Shown here: in pieces, positions 49,813 through 59,241 of the stretch
Layout: each line of letters begins with the position of its first letter
Position numbering within the stretch: the stretch's first letter is position 1
Assembly (NCBI GenBank): GCA_040900375.1
Contig: JBBDZC010000018.1
Coordinates: 567-64,566 of the forward strand
DNA: 64,000 nucleotides
Origin: Candidatus Anderseniibacteriota bacterium
GTDB taxonomy: Bacteria; Patescibacteriota; Andersenbacteria; UBA10190
Direction of reading: 5' to 3'
The notes under the pieces: model-generated
What the model was told of the DNA's origin: nothing
The model's input: the letters and a program-made list of their open reading frames with translations, nothing else
The model's database searches: none
Translations under genes and position numbers: made by a program

Positions 49813-50262
49813 CTAACAACCAGCACCGGCAGATGTGCAAACTAACGCTGTATTGCTCTGATCAAACGCACCAGTTTCATCAACACAGATAAACGACGTT
49901 GTAAGACTGGCGAGATTTGATTCGATACAGAAGTTAGAAGAATCAGCCTGCACTCCCATTGCACCACCAGCACTGGTAGTATCAGTTTTCAACTGGGGGA
50001 CTGAAGTTTCGATCCCTCCTTTACAGTTCGTAGCATTCGGCGTGCCAAAACACGTGGCAAAGCCAGCATAACTAGCGCTATTAGCATCATAGTAAACTTC
50101 GGCGAGTGTGCGCATCTGACCAACGTTTGACTTGATGCGTGCATCATTAGCCTTTTCCCGCGCGTTGCCTAGCGCCACCAAAACTAACGCGGCCAAGATA
50201 CCAATAATGGCAATGACTACCAGCAATTCGATGAGGGTAAACCCACGCTCATGTTTGTTCAT
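49813..50262 (-). CDS. pilA: Type IV major pilin candidate
   Basis: [41 protein letters not shown] strong RBS (GAGAGGAGGTGAGGG, 9-nt spacer) precedes it and a terminator hairpin follows. 149 aa. Confidence 0.85.
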   Translation of the reverse strand: MNKHERGFTLIELLVVIAIIGILAALVLVALGNAREKANDARIKSNVGQMRTLAEVYYDANSASYAGFATCFGTPNATNCKGGIETSVPQLKTDTTSAGGAMGVQADSSNFCIESNLASLTTSFICVDETGAFDQSNTALVCTSAGAGC

Positions 50263-50265
50263 ACA

Positions 50266-50280
50266 CCCTCACCTCCTCTC
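50266..50280 (-). promoter_or_regulatory. Shine-Dalgarno region of pilA
   Basis: The minus strand reads GAGAGGAGGTGAGGGTGT-ATG. Confidence 0.5.
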
Positions 50281-50398
50281 ATGATAGCTGTGCTTGTTTT
50301 CCACATACGACCTTCCCTCAAGTATACATCTAAATAGCAACAAATAAAAAGCGAGGGGGCGACCACGCAAGAGATAGCGAGAAATACTCAATCTTTTT

Positions 50399-51889
50399 TC
50401 ACGAAGGGTGACAGCGCCAAATAACAACTAACGAATCGCGGTCGTAGGGGTTAAAGGGAAAAATCTTGCCCAGGCGGCAATACGTTGCGTAAAAGTTAGC
50501 GTCAAGTAGGCTCGACTGATGCAATTGAAGTTGCTGGGGATTATGGGGATTGAGTCCGCCGAACGTAATGATGGTTTTGACGTGGCCGGCGATAAGTTCG
50601 CTCGTTCTGGTAGGAATATCAAATATTCCAAATTGGAAAAATTTATAGGCGGTCTCCACATAATTTTTGAAAATAGGTCGGCCGGTTTCGAGAGCGATCA
50701 GGGGGGTAACGTAAAACTCGCCGTAGATGGGCTCGGCTTGCTCGGTAACCTGCGCCACATACGCGGTGATGTCCTCTAAATGAGCAATGACGCCCTGCTC
50801 GGCAAAATGGAGGTAATACCACGAAAAAGTAATCATGAGCATTCCTAGAAGGACCGCCGTGACTCCCCTAAATATACGAGGGGTAAGGCGAGCCCGAAGT
50901 AGCTCAAGGGTGGCGCCCCAGCTAAAAGCTAGCCAGGGGGCCGCCATCTTGAGATACAAGAAATAAATATCTTTATACAACAATAAAAAGGTGGTGATGC
51001 TACCAAGTATTAACATACTGATCAGGAGGAGAGATTTGGCGCGAGCTCCGACCGAGGGAGTAGACTGGCGATACCACCAGAACTGCAACAGCCCGAGTAA
51101 TGGTAAGCCGGCAGCAAGCACTATATCGTGCCGAAGAAACATCTGGAAAATGTATTTTTTGGAAAAAACTGCAACCTCGCCAATGTGGCTTAAGAACACA
51201 TTATGCAGGTATAGGTCACCCTGCCACCACCAGAAAAAAATCGTGACCACTCCAAAAATCAGTGTAAAGCCCGCCACGAGACGCCGCGCGAGGGCAGCCT
51301 GCTTGGTGAGGAACAAAAATGCCAGCAAAGGGATAAAGAGCACTACAGCATATACTTTAGTCAGGGCGGCGAGACCGAATAATACGCCACCCAACAGTGG
51401 CCAGCGTTTAAGACTACTGAAAGTCGCGAGCAGACTTAAACTCACCACCAAATGAATATCAGAGACAAAGTCAGTGGTGTGGAGTACTACAAATGAAAAA
51501 AGATACAGCACCGTGGTAAGGAGAGCCACAAGGCGGGAAAAAGCGCCCGCCGCAAGACGATAGATGACCCAGACATCAATAATGGTGAGCCCCACCGGCA
51601 CCAGGTTGAATGATTGCCAACTAAAACCTATAAGACTCCCAATCAGGGCAAAAAAATACGGAATAAACGGCGGTGAAGAGTAAAAGAAATCTCGGTAGGG
51701 AAAACTCCCCTGGGTTATCAAGTAGGCAATGTATATATAAAAATTCCCATCAGAAAAGCGGGGCGCCGAGTTTATAATTTTCGTCACTATGAAAAACACT
51801 ACCGCACCGACAACCACAACGGTGGCACTATGTATGCGAACCGAGGAGAAGCTCGACCACAGGTGTGAGGGGTGACGATCGGCGCGCAT
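50399..51889 (-). CDS. GT-C fold membrane glycosyltransferase (PMT/ArnT-like) embedded in the pilus operon
   Basis: 496 aa with about 12 transmembrane helices. Loop motif DGNFYIYIAYLITQGSFPYRDFFYSSPPF parallels the PMT/ArnT D..Y...A....G......PPL signature. Lies between the pilin genes and pilC. Confidence 0.55.
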   Translation of the reverse strand: MRADRHPSHLWSSFSSVRIHSATVVVVGAVVFFIVTKIINSAPRFSDGNFYIYIAYLITQGSFPYRDFFYSSPPFIPYFFALIGSLIGFSWQSFNLVPVGLTIIDVWVIYRLAAGAFSRLVALLTTVLYLFSFVVLHTTDFVSDIHLVVSLSLLATFSSLKRWPLLGGVLFGLAALTKVYAVVLFIPLLAFLFLTKQAALARRLVAGFTLIFGVVTIFFWWWQGDLYLHNVFLSHIGEVAVFSKKYIFQMFLRHDIVLAAGLPLLGLLQFWWYRQSTPSVGARAKSLLLISMLILGSITTFLLLYKDIYFLYLKMAAPWLAFSWGATLELLRARLTPRIFRGVTAVLLGMLMITFSWYYLHFAEQGVIAHLEDITAYVAQVTEQAEPIYGEFYVTPLIALETGRPIFKNYVETAYKFFQFGIFDIPTRTSELIAGHVKTIITFGGLNPHNPQQLQLHQSSLLDANFYATYCRLGKIFPFNPYDRDSLVVIWRCHPS

Positions 51890-51922
51890 TCAAGAAAAGC
51901 CGGGTCAGTCTAGTGGTATCGC

Positions 51923-53128
51923 TTAGAGGACTAAGACCAAGTTATAAATCGGTAAGAGCACCGCGGCGACCACAATGCCGACGCCAATGCCTAAGATAAT
52001 CACTAGCAGCGGCTCCAAAAAGACAGTCACTGATTCGAGCATTTCTTCAACATCGCGGCGGAAAAAATAGTTTGCTTCTTTAAAAGCTTTTTCAATTTCA
52101 CCGCTACGCTCACCAATACTAACCATGGTAGTGAGCATCGGTGGTATATAGGGCTCATGTTCCCAGACGGAAGAAATACTGGCACCATCTTTAATGGCCA
52201 CGACCGTATCATCAAGAATGTTTTGATAGACCCGATTACCGAGTGATTCCCGGGCTAATTTAAGCGATTCTAGGATAGGCACGTCGCTGCTAAACAGGGT
52301 GTGGAGAATCGACGTCAGCCGGGCCAAATACACTTTAGTAAAAAGTTTGCTCAAGAGCGGGAGCCGCAAGACCCAGGTGCTGATATTATATTGACCCTCG
52401 GGTGTTTTAAGATACGAGCGCAGGAGAAAACCTAAAGCCACCGCGATGAGACCAAAAATATACCAGTAGCCCTGAATGGCATTAGTAATAATAATCAATA
52501 TCCGCGTCGGCAATGGCAGTTGCACTTGGGCTTCTTCAAATAAAGTAACTAGTTGGGGAACGACAAAAATAAACATGAGTAGCACGACAAAGGCGACAGC
52601 GGTGAGGACAAAGGCGGGATACATCAGGGCCGAACGGACTTTGCGCACAAAGAAGTAGTTCTGCTCTAAGTAGTCAGCCATAATTCCCAGCGCGTCGGAG
52701 AGACGACCACTGGCTTCGCCGGTGCGCACTACCCCAATAAAGAAGAGAGAAAAGGCTTCGGGATGTTTGGTCATGGCAATCGAGAGCGCCTCCCCACCTT
52801 CAATATCATATGACATCTCTTGGAGCAGACGATGTAAAGCTGGTTTTTCTACTTGTTTGGTTAAGGCTTGTAAGGCTTGAAGAACCGGCACACCAGCTCG
52901 GATCATGGAGGAGATTTGGCGGCTAAAGAGAATAAGGTCACGGGTGTTAACTTTACCGCCGAGAACGGTCCGATGCAGCAGTGACGTATCATTAAAAATT
53001 TGTAAATCAATCGGCACCAGGCCGTGACTCTGCAGTAACACGGTGGCCCGTTCTTCGGTTTGGGCGCGGAGCTTGCCTTTAACTTCTTTGCCGTCCGCCG
53101 TGCGTGCGCGATAGGAATACTGGGGCAT
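51923..53128 (-). CDS. pilC: Type IV pilus assembly platform protein (GspF/PilC family)
   Basis: 401 aa with two T2SS-F repeats and three transmembrane segments. The N-terminus MPQYSYRARTADGKEVKGKL is typical of PilC. Confidence 0.9.
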   Translation of the reverse strand: MPQYSYRARTADGKEVKGKLRAQTEERATVLLQSHGLVPIDLQIFNDTSLLHRTVLGGKVNTRDLILFSRQISSMIRAGVPVLQALQALTKQVEKPALHRLLQEMSYDIEGGEALSIAMTKHPEAFSLFFIGVVRTGEASGRLSDALGIMADYLEQNYFFVRKVRSALMYPAFVLTAVAFVVLLMFIFVVPQLVTLFEEAQVQLPLPTRILIIITNAIQGYWYIFGLIAVALGFLLRSYLKTPEGQYNISTWVLRLPLLSKLFTKVYLARLTSILHTLFSSDVPILESLKLARESLGNRVYQNILDDTVVAIKDGASISSVWEHEPYIPPMLTTMVSIGERSGEIEKAFKEANYFFRRDVEEMLESVTVFLEPLLVIILGIGVGIVVAAVLLPIYNLVLVL

Positions 53129-53221
53129 TAACTACCTCCACTACGTTACTCTGTCATTGAGAGACATTCCGGCCATGCTTGTATGGTAGCAAATTTAGAT
53201 GACCGTGTCCCGTATGCCAAC

Positions 53222-54274
53222 TTAGTGTGTTAAAGTTTTGGCAGTGGAGAAATAAGGGCGAGCATCTTGGAGACGGACCGCGCCGGCATCAACTAGGGCT
53301 TGCAAACTGGCATCGAGAGTCTGCATGCCCACATCAGAGCTCGTTTGAATAATACCCAGAATCTGGTGGACATTACCTTCACGAATAACATTCCGGATCG
53401 CCGTTGTGGCAATCATAATTTCCACCGCGGGAATTCGGCCGCCCTCTAGCCAGGGTAACAAGCGCAAAGAAACAACGCCGGATAAAGTCGTCGAAAGCTG
53501 CGAGCGAATTTGGTGCTGCTGGACCGGCGGAAAAGAATCAATTAAACGCTCAATCGTTTGCCCCGCATCATTCGTGTGCAGGGTAGCAAAGACTAAGTGT
53601 CCTGTTTCCGCGACTGTGATCGCCGTTTGCATCGATTCTAAATCGCGGAGCTCGCCAATCATAATCACGTTAGGATCCTGGCGCAGCGTGGCGCGAATGG
53701 CCGTGGCAAAAGAAGCAGCATCGTGCCCGACTTCGCGTTGGTCAATGATGGATTGCTTGTCCACAAACTGATACTCAATGGGATCCTCTACGGTAATAAT
53801 GTGCTCGCGCCGGCTTTCGTTGATGTAATCGATGAGCGAGGCCATAGTGGTTGATTTACCGTGACCGGCCGGACCGACCACTAACACGAAACCCTGCTTA
53901 AGCTCGGCAAATTGAGTTATCTGGGGCGGCAAGTGCAGTTCCTCCACCGTACGGATGTCTTTGGGAATGAGCCGCAGGGCAGCTGTAATTTCGCCTAAGT
54001 GATAAAAGACATTCACGCGAAAACGGGTACCATCCTGTAAACCATAGGAAAAATCACTCTGTTTTTCTTCGGCAAGTTCTTTAAGCCGCCGCTCTTTGTC
54101 ATTCTTCAGCAGCTCATCTATCATCTGCTGGGCTTCGGCGGAAGCGAGAATCTCGGTGCCGATTGGTTGTAATTGGCCGTCAATTCGAAAAAAAGGAGTT
54201 CGTCCCGCGCTAATGTGGACATCGGACACACCAGCATCTTTTGACTCACGCAACAGGTCATCAATAATACGCAT
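53222..54274 (-). CDS. pilT: Pilus retraction ATPase
   Basis: Walker A GPAGHGKST, HIITVEDPIEY, and the PilT-type AIRATLRQDPNVIMIGELRD...HLVFATLHT. 350 aa. Confidence 0.9.
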   Translation of the reverse strand: MRIIDDLLRESKDAGVSDVHISAGRTPFFRIDGQLQPIGTEILASAEAQQMIDELLKNDKERRLKELAEEKQSDFSYGLQDGTRFRVNVFYHLGEITAALRLIPKDIRTVEELHLPPQITQFAELKQGFVLVVGPAGHGKSTTMASLIDYINESRREHIITVEDPIEYQFVDKQSIIDQREVGHDAASFATAIRATLRQDPNVIMIGELRDLESMQTAITVAETGHLVFATLHTNDAGQTIERLIDSFPPVQQHQIRSQLSTTLSGVVSLRLLPWLEGGRIPAVEIMIATTAIRNVIREGNVHQILGIIQTSSDVGMQTLDASLQALVDAGAVRLQDARPYFSTAKTLTH

Positions 54275-54310
54275 GGCTGTTTTTTAAAGTTAAGAAAGTA
54301 CGTTAACGGG

Positions 54311-54706
54311 CTACGCGGTTGCTTTTTTGTTTTCCAAAAGCCTGGTGATCTTTTCCACGACTTCTGTAGGCGTGTAGTGAGCTTTGATGATGTAATCATT
54401 GGCACCAAGTTTTATACCACGCTCCACATCGGGTTTTTGTCCTAAATTAGTCAAGAGAATAATAGGTAACTCCTGCGTGCGCTTATCGCGCCGCAGCGCC
54501 TCCAGAATTTCAAAACCATCCATTTTTGGTAAGACAATATCAAGCAGCAGTAGGTTAGGTAGAGGATCTTTTTGGAGTCGTTGCCACGCTGTTTCTCCAT
54601 CCTCGGCAATTTCCACCTGAAAACCCAGGCTCGCTAATTTAGTGTGGTACATGCCTGAAATAAAGGAATCATCTTCGACTAGTAAGATAGATTTTGCGTC
54701 ATTCAT
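54311..54706 (-). CDS. Single-domain response regulator (CheY-like receiver)
   Basis: ILLVEDDSFISGMY...LLLLDIVLPKMDGFEILEALR...IILLTNLG...GANDYIIKAHYTP, with phospho-acceptor Asp in LLDIVLP. 131 aa. Confidence 0.85.
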   Translation of the reverse strand: MNDAKSILLVEDDSFISGMYHTKLASLGFQVEIAEDGETAWQRLQKDPLPNLLLLDIVLPKMDGFEILEALRRDKRTQELPIILLTNLGQKPDVERGIKLGANDYIIKAHYTPTEVVEKITRLLENKKATA

Positions 54707-54718
54707 ACAATTATAGAT

Positions 54719-56467
54719 TTAAGTGCCTAGCTGCTCTTCACTAGTTACGCGCATCACATCTTCGTATTGAACCTCGCCCACGAGAGCCTTGAGGAGCCCA
54801 TCTTCACGCATCGTCAGGTTACCTTCCTTCTGTGATACATCTCGTAGTGTATCATATTCTCCCGAGTCATTAATAGCGTTGCGAAAAGCCCGACTAACCG
54901 GAACGGTCTCAAAGATGGCAACACGACCGACTGAGCCGGCCTCGTGACAGGCGGGACAACCAGGACTTTCATAGAGCACTTCGGGCCGCCGTTGATTATT
55001 GTCATTTTTATACTCCGCCGGTACGGCGGCGAGCGCCTGGGTGATCTTTTCCCGCAAACCAGCAGGCATCTTCACTGCCCGCTTGCACTCTTGGCATAGT
55101 TTCGCGACTAGCCGTTGGGCCACGAGCAGCCGAAGCGTAGCCGTGAGCAGAAATGGGTCAATGCCCATATCAACCAAGCGCGGCACTGTCCCGACAGCAT
55201 CATTGGTATGAATTGTGGATAAAACTAAGTGCCCGGTTAACGAGGCATGGACTGACAGCGCCGCGGTATCGCGGTCACGTATTTCCCCTACCATTAAGAT
55301 GTCAGGGTCTTGCCGCAGCAAATTCCGTAAACCAGAAACAAAAGTTAGTCCGATATCGGGTGCAATCTGGGTTTGGTTGATGCCGGGAATATCGTATTCC
55401 ACTGGATCTTCGAGAGTCACAATATTTACATCCTGTGAATTCAGTTGCGTCAACGCCGTAAAGAGCGTGGTTGATTTGCCTGAACCAGTGGGCCCAGAGA
55501 TGAGAATAATACCGTGGGGAGCACGCAAATGCTCTTGCAAAATTTTCTCTTGGGTACCGCGCAAGCCAAGTTGATTAAAGGATGGTGCGCCCTGCGACTT
55601 ATCAAGGATACGGAGTGCTGCTTTTTCACCGTAGGTTGTGGGCATTGTGGAAACACGAAAATCAAAGGAGCGGCCTTCAATGGCGATAGAAAAGCGGCCA
55701 TCCTGCGGCAGGCGCGATTCGTCAATTTTGAGGCTCGATAAGATTTTAATGCGGGAAATGATGGCAGCGTGAATTTTCCGCGGCAGGATTAAAGAGTTAT
55801 GAAGATCACCGTCAATACGGTAGCGAATTCTGACATCTTTTTCTGTTGGTTCGACATGGATATCAGAGGCATGACCTTCAATCGCGTGGCGAATAATCAC
55901 AGCGACGACTTTCGTGATTGGCGCTTCTTCGATAAAACGAGTAATATCTTGGGTTTCTTTGCCGCTGACATCAGTTTGAGCAAGTTCTCTCGTAAAATCT
56001 TTAAGCGCGCCGCCAATCTCGGCTTGGATTTCCGCGGCTCCGCCTAAGGCTTTATTAATCCCCTCTTGCGAGGCTAAGTAAATTTCTGGGTGCAGGCCTT
56101 TCTTTTTGGCAATAAACTTCACCGCTTCTAAAGCCTGGAAATCATCGGGGGATTCCATGGCGATAAGTAATTTAGTCTCCTTCTCGTCAAAAGCAAAAAA
56201 ACGGTAGGTGGCGGCGGCCTGGCGAGAAATAGTCGCCATGGCTTGTTCGTTAATTCTCGTGGATGTCAAATCAATGTATGGTATCCGCAACATTTCGGCG
56301 CGGACTTGGGCTAGCTGTTCGGGATACACCATTTTTTCTTTCAGGAGCACTTCTTCCATGGCCAAACTTTCTTTAGCCATAAGATTGTGAATACGCTCCA
56401 ACTGCGTAGGCTTAATTAAGCCCCGCTCAAGCAGTTTTTGTTCTAGTTGCAATTGGTTATCTGCCAT
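54719..56467 (-). CDS. pilB: Pilus assembly (extension) ATPase, GspE/PilB family
   Basis: N-terminal T2SSE_N domain, Walker A GPTGSGKST, Asp box, tetra-Cys motif CQECK...CPACHEAG. 582 aa. Confidence 0.9.
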   Translation of the reverse strand: MADNQLQLEQKLLERGLIKPTQLERIHNLMAKESLAMEEVLLKEKMVYPEQLAQVRAEMLRIPYIDLTSTRINEQAMATISRQAAATYRFFAFDEKETKLLIAMESPDDFQALEAVKFIAKKKGLHPEIYLASQEGINKALGGAAEIQAEIGGALKDFTRELAQTDVSGKETQDITRFIEEAPITKVVAVIIRHAIEGHASDIHVEPTEKDVRIRYRIDGDLHNSLILPRKIHAAIISRIKILSSLKIDESRLPQDGRFSIAIEGRSFDFRVSTMPTTYGEKAALRILDKSQGAPSFNQLGLRGTQEKILQEHLRAPHGIILISGPTGSGKSTTLFTALTQLNSQDVNIVTLEDPVEYDIPGINQTQIAPDIGLTFVSGLRNLLRQDPDILMVGEIRDRDTAALSVHASLTGHLVLSTIHTNDAVGTVPRLVDMGIDPFLLTATLRLLVAQRLVAKLCQECKRAVKMPAGLREKITQALAAVPAEYKNDNNQRRPEVLYESPGCPACHEAGSVGRVAIFETVPVSRAFRNAINDSGEYDTLRDVSQKEGNLTMREDGLLKALVGEVQYEDVMRVTSEEQLGT

Positions 56468-56508
56468 GATTGAGCCTGTGCTTGGATTACTGGACCAGCC
56501 ACCAGCAC

Positions 56509-56790
56509 TTACAAGAAGGGGTTGGCTTTACCGGTAGCCGCAGGCGGTTGAACTGGCAGTGCACCGCTGATAATTAACTGTTTATCAAGAGAAAGATATG
56601 AGGCTGTCTGCAAAAACTGAAGATTAAAACCTGACGTGCTGTCTTCGCTTAGCTCACCAGGTAATGGGCTGGATGGGCCAGTTGGTTGGCTTTGTGAGGG
56701 TAATAAGGAAAGGACAAGGGCGCTGACTAGCGCGGCCGCAATTAAGACAGCCGATAAAATAATTATGACTCGTGTCTGTTTATTGGCCAT
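56509..56790 (-). CDS. Hypothetical pilus-operon membrane-anchored protein
   Basis: Likely start at the internal MANKQTRVIIILSAVLIAAALVSALVLSLL, giving one transmembrane segment then a Pro/Ser-rich segment. The ORF-track start at 56862 would overlap the pilO-like gene by 83 nt. Confidence 0.35.
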   Translation of the reverse strand: MANKQTRVIIILSAVLIAAALVSALVLSLLPSQSQPTGPSSPLPGELSEDSTSGFNLQFLQTASYLSLDKQLIISGALPVQPPAATGKANPFL

Positions 56791-57379
56791 GATTTTCTCC
56801 CCGATGCTTATAAAAGTTAATATCCATGCGCGCGCCGAGTTGATCGAGCGTCGTGGGATCACGTTGCAAGCGCAGGGAAACTACATCCATTAAACGCGCC
56901 GAGCGCTCAAGCTGTTCCAAAAAGAGCCGCAGCTGTTGGTAGGAACCGCGAGCCTCGATATTCACAGCGAGAGGCTCAATGGTAGCAGGCACATTCACTA
57001 ATTCTCCCCGAGCCCGTAAGGCTTGGACTTTACTTTTCTCACCCTCACTATTATTAGCAAGCCCGATAATGGTCACGCCAGTAGTTTCCGCAGTGCGATG
57101 GAAAATCCGTGTCGCATCATCGAGAGCATCATCAGTCGGCAAAACTACGGCTAATTGTTGTTCGTGCTGCTGCTGACGAGTGAGTACCTCTTTCTTTTGA
57201 TCAATCGTTAAGAGAAACTGTTGTTTTTCCACAATGGCTGCCTCCACGCCCGCCACGGCAGCTTGCTGTTCCCGCAAACTTTTCAACATTGGCTGAAAAA
57301 TTGCAAAAATGGCGATAATAGCCACGAGAATTATGCCGGTCAAGAGTAAGTAGGGTAAGTTCAGTGATTGTTTAGCCAT
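56780..57379 (-). CDS. pilO: PilO-like pilus assembly protein
   Basis: 199 aa: N-terminal transmembrane segment (LLLTGIILVAIIAIFAIF), a coiled-coil, then a periplasmic domain. Position after the pilN-like gene fits pilO. Confidence 0.55.
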   Translation of the reverse strand: MAKQSLNLPYLLLTGIILVAIIAIFAIFQPMLKSLREQQAAVAGVEAAIVEKQQFLLTIDQKKEVLTRQQQHEQQLAVVLPTDDALDDATRIFHRTAETTGVTIIGLANNSEGEKSKVQALRARGELVNVPATIEPLAVNIEARGSYQQLRLFLEQLERSARLMDVVSLRLQRDPTTLDQLGARMDINFYKHRGENHGQ

Positions 57380-57382
57380 AAC

Positions 57383-57997
57383 CTAGAGACTATTCGGGGG
57401 CAGATTCGGGCGACTACCTTGTAAGGCTTCCGGTGGAAAGTTGAGCGTAGCTTGAAAACTGTAGTTGATTGTCGTCACAGTTCCGTCAGGTGATGCAGTT
57501 TCATTACGGGCAATAGAAGCTAGATCAACAGCTGTAAACATTGTTTTTCGTGTAGGACTTGTGGTCAGACTAGCCAGAGTTTGCGCCACTTCATCAATAT
57601 TAGGGGTATTGCCGCTGACGATCAGTTGGCCTTCCCGAGTCGTCATTTCTAGATCAATCAATACCGTGGGCGCGGGTAAGAGTCGTTCAATTTCTTGCAA
57701 GAGAGGCAGCGGGCTCACGTGCGTGGCCAGCAGTTCCTCAAGAGCATCAATTCGTTCTTCAAACAACGTGATGCGAGTGACATCATCACCAGCTTCGATG
57801 ATTCTTCGCTCTAACCCCTGTAACTGGGCCTGGGATCGAGTTAAGGCTCTAGCAGCACTGGACTGGAGTCCCGCGAGGATACCCCACATGACTACCAGCA
57901 GCACGACAATGCCAATGGATAAACTAAACAATGCTCGCCGGCGCCGGCGAATGGACGCTAGGTAGGCTGTGCCTGGAGCTAAATTAATCGTTGCCAT
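57383..57997 (-). CDS. pilN: PilN-like pilus assembly protein
   Basis: 204 aa: short basic cytoplasmic N-terminus (INLAPG..RRRRRALF), a single transmembrane segment, and a periplasmic domain. Immediately downstream of pilM. Confidence 0.6.
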   Translation of the reverse strand: MATINLAPGTAYLASIRRRRRALFSLSIGIVVLLVVMWGILAGLQSSAARALTRSQAQLQGLERRIIEAGDDVTRITLFEERIDALEELLATHVSPLPLLQEIERLLPAPTVLIDLEMTTREGQLIVSGNTPNIDEVAQTLASLTTSPTRKTMFTAVDLASIARNETASPDGTVTTINYSFQATLNFPPEALQGSRPNLPPNSL

Positions 57998-58060
57998 ACC
58001 ATATTGTTACAGGGCATCATTAAACTCGACTAGAAGCCGAAGGAAAAAATAATAGACTCA

Positions 58061-59164
58061 TTATACTTTACTAAATCCGCGCTGCGCAAGGCCGACCGCC
58101 ACGGCGTACATGGGACCGAGTTCATGCAAACGGGCATCGAGAGTTTGCGGATATGCTAAACCTCGCCAAGGATTGCCAACCGTGACACTATGGCCAATAA
58201 ACTCGGACCACACGGCAGTTAGTCCGCGCAAGTTAGCGCCGCCGCCAATTAAAACTGTCTTCGTCAGCGCGCGGCCAGCTTTACGTTCATACAACTGCAG
58301 CAGATGTTGGGCTTGATCCAAGATTTTCTGCACCACTTGCATGGCAGCAATCGTTAATTCAGGAGGGGCTTGATTGATTAAGCCAAATTCCACCTTTTTC
58401 TGTTCCGCGGCCGCGGGGGAAAGAGCTAGAGCTTGAGCAATGTTGGCCGAGATGGCACGACCGCCATGCTCAATCGTGTGAGAGACGCGTGGCGTTCCGC
58501 CGTCAATAATGTGGAAGGTGGTAACACGATCGCCGATATCCACAATCATGGCGGAGTCATATTGATTGGTCAGCAAGGATCGTACTAAGGGAAATGTTTC
58601 GACCTCGAGCGCGAAGAGTTCAAGACGCAACAGTTCCATAAGTTTGGTGTAGCGTGTCACCAGGTCCTTCGGCGCCGCGGTAACAAAAACGGGCACGGTT
58701 TGCAGGTTCGACGACGGTGACACAGGCGTAGCGGGCGGGGCGGTAGTCGGTTTTTCATTTTCCATGTGCGGCGGTTGACCAACGCGACTCCACCCTAACA
58801 CCATCTCATCTAAATTAGCCGGGACGACATCACGCGCAGCAAAGTGCACGGCCTTATCCATATCAGGCTCGGGAATATCAGGCAGCGTCAAGACCGTCGA
58901 GAAGACCACGCTTGAAGGCAATGCCGCAATTACCTGGTCCGTTGACACGCTGGCACTATCAAGCATGCGCGATACCACTGCCGCCACGGCGCGGATCTCA
59001 TCTTCGTCATCACCAACAACGTCAGTTAATAAATTAGAGAGATTGGCCTGGGCATACGTGACCACTTCTAAGCGCCGGCGACGATCAATGAGTTCCACTA
59101 CCTTTAAAGAAGAGGTGCCAATATCCAAACCAATATAGGCCGACGAAGAACTGAATAATGCCAT
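58061..59164 (-). CDS. pilM: Actin-like ATPase PilM
   Basis: AYIGLDIGTSSLKVVEL (actin/FtsA-fold phosphate-1 motif) with a DxG and GGGA region. The ORF-track start at 59203 may be upstream of the real start (MALFSSSSAYIGLDIG at 59164). Confidence 0.85.
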   Translation of the reverse strand: MALFSSSSAYIGLDIGTSSLKVVELIDRRRRLEVVTYAQANLSNLLTDVVGDDEDEIRAVAAVVSRMLDSASVSTDQVIAALPSSVVFSTVLTLPDIPEPDMDKAVHFAARDVVPANLDEMVLGWSRVGQPPHMENEKPTTAPPATPVSPSSNLQTVPVFVTAAPKDLVTRYTKLMELLRLELFALEVETFPLVRSLLTNQYDSAMIVDIGDRVTTFHIIDGGTPRVSHTIEHGGRAISANIAQALALSPAAAEQKKVEFGLINQAPPELTIAAMQVVQKILDQAQHLLQLYERKAGRALTKTVLIGGGANLRGLTAVWSEFIGHSVTVGNPWRGLAYPQTLDARLHELGPMYAVAVGLAQRGFSKV

Positions 59165-59241
59165 AGGAAAACCTTGCCAATGAAAGTACTCCGAGTATAC
59201 CATGAAGCTATAAGTTAATTTGATATTATTGCCCTACGTAT

